Assembly (NCBI GenBank): GCA_963718915.1
Contig: CAVRAI010000004.1
Location: 704,504 to 768,503, forward strand
Direction of reading: 5' to 3'
Length of the DNA: 64,000 bases
Source: an uncultured Chloroflexia bacterium
Lineage (GTDB): Bacteria; Chloroflexota; Ktedonobacteria; Ktedonobacterales; JADMIN01
Shown here: piece by piece, positions 58,709 through 64,000 of the stretch
How the letters are laid out: every line of letters starts with the position of its first letter
Numbering within the stretch: position 1 is the stretch's first letter
Program-made: the position numbers and the translations under genes
Notes under the pieces: generated by a model
Seen by the model: only the letters and a program-made list of their open reading frames with translations
Told to the model about the DNA's origin: nothing
Databases searched by the model: none

Positions 58709-60724
58709 ATGAGAGGGCCGCAAGTGGACGACCTTCACCCAGATAGCGATGATGCCAAAGTTGTGAAGATCCCCAGTGATACCAGTGATATCAGCGATAA
58801 CGGTGATGACACGGCAGAGATGTCGGATTCTCCGGTAACAGACAATGCAGCCGCTGCCGAGGTTGCAAGCAGTGAAAGCGCCGGGCCTGACAATGCAGCC
58901 ACCGACGAGTTAGGCGCGGGCAAGGCGGAAGATGGCGCATCTTCGTCGGAAGATAGCAAAGATGCGTCTGCGGCGCAGCAACCAGAGTCAGAGGAGACGC
59001 CCTCCGCCGATGCAGCGGATGAGGAAGAAGTGGATGCCACATCGGATGATACTGAGCCTATGCCGGCGATCAATATCCCATCGGCACAGAGTGCATCAGT
59101 TTTTTCAACGGTTCGCGAACTCGGCCGAGATGCCTGGGGGCGCATTCTGCTAGCATGGCGCAACGACGCGCAGACATCATCTGGCCAGGAGCCACCAGCG
59201 GTGCTGCTGGAGCGGACTGCGCTCGATGTTGTGGCTGCAAGGCGCATCGTCGACTTCCACCTTTACCACGCGCGCCTGTTGGCGCCGAGAGCAGTCGTTC
59301 AGCGCGAGGGTGAGACCCACTGGCTAGTCGTCGAAGCGCCCGCCAACTATGAAGCGCCCTTTGAGGCGATTGGCGATGGTGGGCGGCTGGAGGTGCGGAG
59401 TGCGCTCAAGGCAGGGGTAGGGCTTGCCAACGCGCTTTCGTACCTTCACACCAATGGCGTCGCGCATGAGAACGTTGGGCCAATGGCAATCCTGGTTCAC
59501 GATGGCCGTGCCTATCTCAGCGGGGTCGAACGGTGTATGCTTGTTGAAGCATCCGACGAAACCGGCGCAGCTCTCTTCTCTGCTGATGTCAATGGGTTGG
59601 GTCGTTCACTTGCGATGCTTGCAGGGCTGCCTGACGAGGCTTCCGACGACGAGACTGCCCCCGCGCAGGCGCTTCGGGCTATCGCGGCTCGTGCGGATGC
59701 TGCTGGATACGCGACCGCGGAAGAGCTGGCGCAGGAGTGTGGGGCGGCGCTACAGGAACCCGCTCAAACGTTGCCAGAAGCGGATGAGACCGCAACACAT
59801 GCGTTGGCGTTTCATTGTGGAACGGCCACCACGATCGGATTGCTCCGTACCCAGAACCAGGATGCTCTTGGTTGCACGGTTCTGGAGATACGTGACGATA
59901 TTGGCAGGGATCAACCACTTGGTATCTTCCTCGTCGCGGACGGCATGGGAGGCGAGGCAGCCGGGGAAATTGCCAGCCGTATCGGCGCGCGTATCGCGAC
60001 AGCGGAGATTATGCAGCAGTTGCTTTCTCCGACGGTGGCTATGCCCGCCATCGATCCATTCTCTCCCGAATTTACCTCGGGAACCACAAGCGTCGCGATG
60101 CTTGTCCAGGCGCTTGCGGTAGCGGTTGACCGTGCCAATCGGCAGGTGCGCGAGCTTGCCAGAACACTGCAAGAGTCTACCGGGACGACGCTGACGGTCG
60201 TTGTCGTAGCGGGCAGTCGGGCTGTTCTTGCCCATTTGGGAGATAGCCGCGCCTATCTCTTACGCGCGGGCACCCTAGTGCAGTTAACCAAGGATCACTC
60301 ACTACTGGCACGGCTCACGGAGCTTGATCATCCACTGCTCAACGATCCATCGTTCGGCATGCCACGGAATTATCTCTATCGCTCATTGGGCCAGGAAGAT
60401 GAAGCGCCGCCCGACCTGATGGAGTTTCCCATTGCTCCAGGCGACCGCATGTTGCTGTGCAGCGATGGCCTCTGGGATGAATTGGATGACGCGACGATTC
60501 AGCGTTGCCTCACCAGCACCGATGACCCGGCGGAATGCGCCAACCATCTGGTGCGTCTGGCCAATGCATCGGGCGGTCACGATAACAGCACAGCCGTCGT
60601 CGTCTTTGTGGAAGCGCTACGCGATGACCCAGCCACGGAATTTACGCCCGAACAGATTGATGCGATTTTGCGTGCGTCGGGCGCTTTGGACGAGGAAGAG
60701 GGCGAAGACGACAGCGAAAACTAA
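58709..60724 (+). CDS. Acidic disordered region + degenerate kinase-like domain + PP2C phosphatase fusion protein
   Basis: The C-terminus is PP2C (RTQNQDALG, FLVADGMGGEAAGEIAS, LCSDGLWD, GGHDNSTAVVV). The middle region is kinase-like with HEN in place of HRD and no DFG (LSYLHTNGVAHENVGPMAILV...AYLSGVE). The N-terminal ~140 aa are D/E/S-rich. Confidence 0.8.
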   Translation: MRGPQVDDLHPDSDDAKVVKIPSDTSDISDNGDDTAEMSDSPVTDNAAAAEVASSESAGPDNAATDELGAGKAEDGASSSEDSKDASAAQQPESEETPSADAADEEEVDATSDDTEPMPAINIPSAQSASVFSTVRELGRDAWGRILLAWRNDAQTSSGQEPPAVLLERTALDVVAARRIVDFHLYHARLLAPRAVVQREGETHWLVVEAPANYEAPFEAIGDGGRLEVRSALKAGVGLANALSYLHTNGVAHENVGPMAILVHDGRAYLSGVERCMLVEASDETGAALFSADVNGLGRSLAMLAGLPDEASDDETAPAQALRAIAARADAAGYATAEELAQECGAALQEPAQTLPEADETATHALAFHCGTATTIGLLRTQNQDALGCTVLEIRDDIGRDQPLGIFLVADGMGGEAAGEIASRIGARIATAEIMQQLLSPTVAMPAIDPFSPEFTSGTTSVAMLVQALAVAVDRANRQVRELARTLQESTGTTLTVVVVAGSRAVLAHLGDSRAYLLRAGTLVQLTKDHSLLARLTELDHPLLNDPSFGMPRNYLYRSLGQEDEAPPDLMEFPIAPGDRMLLCSDGLWDELDDATIQRCLTSTDDPAECANHLVRLANASGGHDNSTAVVVFVEALRDDPATEFTPEQIDAILRASGALDEEEGEDDSEN

Positions 60725-60736
60725 AGGAGATCGCTG

Positions 60737-61480
60737 GTGAGCATGCACCTGACCGTATACGATCTTGCAGGCCGAGTGGCGCTGGTTACAGGCGTCACGG
60801 GTGGTCTCGGCCCGGCGTTGGTTCGTGCGTTCGTCGAGGCTGGCTCCGTGGTCATCGGTATCGGTTCGCGGGCGGGCGAGGAGCGGGAGGCGGCTATTCG
60901 CATGCTCCTCGACAGCGATGGCAATGATCGATTTAGCCTCGTGGCGGTGGACGCCACGGATGAGGCAGGTGTTGCTCAGGTAGTCGCTGATACACGGGCA
61001 GCGCACGGCCACTTAGATATCCTGGTCAACGGAATCGGCGGATTTCATGCCGGTGAGCCAGTCTCAAAGACGCCACTGGAGACCTGGGAGCATATGTTTG
61101 CCCTGAATCTGCGGCCAACATTCCTCTTCTCCAAATATGCCTCCCGCGCCATGGTTGACCAGAGCTGGGGTCGAATCATCAACCTGTCGTCGCGGGCGGC
61201 GCGCAGCGGCCGCAAGAACGCCGCCGCCTATGCTGCCGCAAAGAACGCTGTCATTACGCTGACGGAGGCGCAGGCTGATGAGCTTCGCGATGCCGGGGTG
61301 ACTGTCAACGCGATCCTGCCCAGCATTATCGATACGCCCGCCAACCGCGCGGGAATGCCCACCGCGGATACCAGCCGCTGGCCCACGGCAGAGCAACTCG
61401 CCAGAGTGGTGCTTTTTCTTGCCTCAGACGACGCTGGCCTGATCAGCGGCGCATCTATCCCAGTCTATGGGCGCGCCTGA
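60737..61480 (+). CDS. SDR-family oxidoreductase
   Basis: GTG start 7 nt after AAGGAG. Contains ALVTGVTGGLGPAL, NGIG and YAAAKNA. Confidence 0.85.
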   Translation: MSMHLTVYDLAGRVALVTGVTGGLGPALVRAFVEAGSVVIGIGSRAGEEREAAIRMLLDSDGNDRFSLVAVDATDEAGVAQVVADTRAAHGHLDILVNGIGGFHAGEPVSKTPLETWEHMFALNLRPTFLFSKYASRAMVDQSWGRIINLSSRAARSGRKNAAAYAAAKNAVITLTEAQADELRDAGVTVNAILPSIIDTPANRAGMPTADTSRWPTAEQLARVVLFLASDDAGLISGASIPVYGRA

Positions 61481-61499
61481 TGACGAGCTTCGCGCAGTG

Positions 61500-62345
61500 T
61501 CATTCGCCAATGGTGACTTCATTGTGGACCGCGAGGACGCCAGGAACGTGCCAGACATCCTGCTCGGCGGAGGCGCGATGCCGTGGTGATGGCAGCACAC
61601 CCCGGAGGGTCACGTCTCCATCACGAACGAGCACACGCACCTGAGGCGTGTAAGGGGCTATTGCTGGATTGATGTTCAGGATATCCCAGATAGCAGCGGT
61701 CAGCGCCCCATCGGAGCGAAGCAGGAGGCCCGCGGCGACCTGTTCGGCGCTGGCATCCAGCATGAGCCGCGAGCTACCGCTGCCGAACGGAAATCCGCTG
61801 CTTTCGTGAGTCGATGAGACGACCCAGGCGGGCGGGAGCATAACCTGCTGGCCGCCAACCTCCACCAGCTTGAAAAGCGGATCGGATGGATTATCCACAT
61901 CGGCGAGCACGTTATTACGGATGCGCACGACGATATGCTGAGCGAGTCCAGCATCGGTGTCGAGAGCGAAGCCTTCCAGCCTTCCCGCGTAGCCATCGTG
62001 GCAATAGACTCGGATACCTCCGCGAAGTTCCACACTCTCAGGCGTCGGCGTTGGCGGTTGATCCGTGTTCAGTGGGATGGTGCGTACCTGCCGTTGCCAG
62101 GGGGCATCGCTGGATCGGATACGCAGCCATAGCTCACCTGATGGGGGTCGCAGTAAGGCGGCAACGACACGCCCCGTCGGCCCACCAGGGCCTCCCCGAT
62201 AGCGGGCAGGAACCGAGGGTACGTTCTCGCCGCGAATCTTCTGTCCGAAGCGGAAGATTTCGCGTACCGTACCGATTTCGCCATTCACATCACCGAAATC
62301 GAAAGCGCCCTCGCCTGTTCCACGAATCGCCACGCCGACCTCCAC
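61500..62345 (-). CDS. Hypothetical protein with a C-terminal BON-like domain
   Basis: 281 aa. The C-terminus VRVLVRDGDVTLRGVLPSPRHRASAEQDVWHVPGVLAVHNEV fits BON. The central region is PRC-barrel-like (tentative). Confidence 0.65.
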   Translation of the reverse strand: MEVGVAIRGTGEGAFDFGDVNGEIGTVREIFRFGQKIRGENVPSVPARYRGGPGGPTGRVVAALLRPPSGELWLRIRSSDAPWQRQVRTIPLNTDQPPTPTPESVELRGGIRVYCHDGYAGRLEGFALDTDAGLAQHIVVRIRNNVLADVDNPSDPLFKLVEVGGQQVMLPPAWVVSSTHESSGFPFGSGSSRLMLDASAEQVAAGLLLRSDGALTAAIWDILNINPAIAPYTPQVRVLVRDGDVTLRGVLPSPRHRASAEQDVWHVPGVLAVHNEVTIGE

Positions 62346-62654
62346 TGCCTGATCTCAAGAGCTCGCCGCCTGTTTCCAGCGACATGAACCGTCCTGCACA
62401 CAGTCATTCCACCATATCATAATGAAGCACGTGCCGGGCTGCAAGGCCCGTACGTCATAACGGTTGAGGACAAGCAGACGCCACACGGCGTACGAATCTC
62501 CGTAAATGGCAGACGTTCGCGTGAGCAGTTGTAGCGTAACTGGCGAAGCAGGAGTACAATAGCTGTGATGCCCATATGGAAAACCATGCACGCGAGTCGA
62601 GAGGCAGTGTGCCGTAGCCACTGGTCTCACGCCTCTGTATTTCAGGAGGAAACT

Positions 62655-62966
62655 GTGTCTACAGACGTTATACTCAGCATCATTGGTGTGGTACTTGCGC
62701 TCCCCGGCGGGCTGTTCGTCGCTGGGTTGTCGAGCATGGCGCGGGCGAAATGGGCGGCGCTCTTTGGAGGACTTGTCGGCGGGGTTGTGGTTGCAGGGGC
62801 GATACTCTTCTGGGTAAATGCGGCCAATATCGGCATCGATGGATTGTCGTACTTCTTTGGCGTCTTCTTCGCCGCGTCCATTGGTGTCATGTTGGGAGCG
62901 TTAGTGGTCAATTTCCTCGTGGGTCTGGCGAGCCGAAATAGCAACGAGTCAGCGATCGAGCGCTAG
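62655..62966 (+). CDS. Small hydrophobic membrane protein
   Basis: GTG 62655 lies 5 nt after AGGAGG. 103 aa with three or four G/A/V-rich TM segments. A terminator follows. Confidence 0.6.
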   Translation: MSTDVILSIIGVVLALPGGLFVAGLSSMARAKWAALFGGLVGGVVVAGAILFWVNAANIGIDGLSYFFGVFFAASIGVMLGALVVNFLVGLASRNSNESAIER

Positions 62967-63006
62967 CCATCTCGGCTGCCGTCACCAGCGAATGGCAATT
63001 AGAAAG

Positions 63007-63040
63007 CCCCTGATGCCAGTTATGGCCAGGGGTCTTTTAT
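63007..63040 (+). terminator. Intrinsic terminator
   Basis: CCCCTGaTGCCA-gtta-TGGCcAGGGG followed by TCTTTTAT. Confidence 0.7.
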
Positions 63041-63065
63041 TGGCGATTATGCAGCCGGTGAGGTG

Positions 63066-64000
63066 TCAGCTCACTTGAGCGCTCTCTATATCCGCCGACG
63101 GACCCAGCTGGAGACCGAGAATGCCTCCCAGGTTCTGAAGCGCCTGCAATTCTGCTGCGGTTGTTCCACTTACCAACTCGTCGAGGATACGGAGCGCGGC
63201 GGGAGTATCCAGATCGTGGCGGAGGGCATCGGAGAACCGCTGGCGTACTGAGTTCGTCGCGCTATCGTCGTCGCTTGTGGCATGCGCGCTGCTCTCCAAA
63301 CGGGACACGGCATCGGCGTAACGCGCGGCGCGTGCGGCGCTCTGGCGCATATCAGCGTCGGTGTACTGCCATGGCTCGCGGTAGTGGTGCGAAAGCAGCA
63401 GCACCCGTACAGCGCCAGGCGTGTATGTTTCGAGTAGATTCCGCACCAGCACCAGGTTGCCGAGCGATTTGCTCATCTTCTCTTCGCCTAGATAGACCAT
63501 GCCGCAGTGCATCCATATCTGCACGAAAGGCCGCTCACCACTTGCGTTCTCACTTTGAGCAATCTCGCAGGTATGGTGCGGAAAGATCAGATCGGCGCCG
63601 CCGCCATGGATATCAATTCGGTTGCCGAGATGGCCCATCGCCATCGCGCTGCATTCGATATGCCATCCCGGTCGCCCCATTCCCCACGGACTCTCCCATG
63701 ATGGCTCGCCCTCCTGATGCGCCTGCCATAGCACAAAGTCCAGTGGGTCATTCTTGCGTGGATCGTCCGGCGTATTACCGCGCTCATTCGCCGTTGTCAG
63801 CCATGTGGCGTAGCCATTGTAACCGCCAGCCTCAGCCAGCGCGCCAAAGGTCGGATCACTGGCGACGGAGAAATACACCCAGCCATCGCGCACGTAGGCA
63901 TTGCCGTGCTCAATGAGCTTCTCGATCACGTGAACCATGCACGGGATTTCGTTCGTCGCCCAGACATAGTGTGTGGGTGGCAAGATGTTCAGAGCGCGCA
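63066..64000 (-). CDS. cysS: Cysteinyl-tRNA synthetase, partial (5' end beyond the right edge)
   Basis: Contains GWHIECSAM, DIHGGGADLIFPHH and KMSKSLGN. The reading frame stays open to position 64000. Confidence 0.92.
   Translation of the reverse strand, partial: RALNILPPTHYVWATNEIPCMVHVIEKLIEHGNAYVRDGWVYFSVASDPTFGALAEAGGYNGYATWLTTANERGNTPDDPRKNDPLDFVLWQAHQEGEPSWESPWGMGRPGWHIECSAMAMGHLGNRIDIHGGGADLIFPHHTCEIAQSENASGERPFVQIWMHCGMVYLGEEKMSKSLGNLVLVRNLLETYTPGAVRVLLLSHHYREPWQYTDADMRQSAARAARYADAVSRLESSAHATSDDDSATNSVRQRFSDALRHDLDTPAALRILDELVSGTTAAELQALQNLGGILGLQLGPSADIESAQVS

Overview
This is a visibly GC-rich bacterial chromosomal window made up mostly of housekeeping genes: mutS-mutL, leuS, cysS (partial), lipA, queA, coaBC, glpD, a murF-alr fusion, a class B PBP, gluQ and maf. 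It also holds one rRNA locus, two ABC importers, one IS element and several short dispersed or tandem repeat families. The 16S sequence and the Chlor_Arch_YYY/DUF2298-type membrane proteins suggest Chloroflexota, perhaps Ktedonobacteria-like; that is inference from memory, not a search result. I see no CRISPR array, no prophage and no obvious defence island, so I cannot claim a clear-cut new system. Six things deserve a second look. (1) The rRNA transcription unit reads 16S, tRNA-Ile, tRNA-Ala, 5S, with no 23S gene between tRNA-Ala and 5S. (2) A 10-kb block encodes three giant GT-C-like membrane proteins from families of unknown function (an ArnT/PMT-like+YYY fusion, a YYY paralog, and a TIGR03663/Agl23-like protein). 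(3) Three +1 frameshifts, each consistent with one extra G in a GGG run, lie within about 8.6 kb and break the first of those genes twice and rnc once. (4) A structured REP-like element occurs in three copies, two of them bracketing the binding-protein gene of a TPP-riboswitch-controlled thiZXY-like operon. One copy is split by an IS982-family element, and an intact copy serves as an empty-site reference. (5) Two kinase-fold proteins lack the catalytic Asp (HGN and HEN in place of HRD). One sits in a cell-wall gene cluster and the other is fused to a PP2C phosphatase. (6) In-frame 9-15 bp tandem duplications recur in unrelated genes. All coordinates were worked out by hand from the printed sequence. 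RNA and repeat boundaries may be off by a few nt, and several CDS starts were moved from the ORF-track start to an internal start with a visible Shine-Dalgarno.
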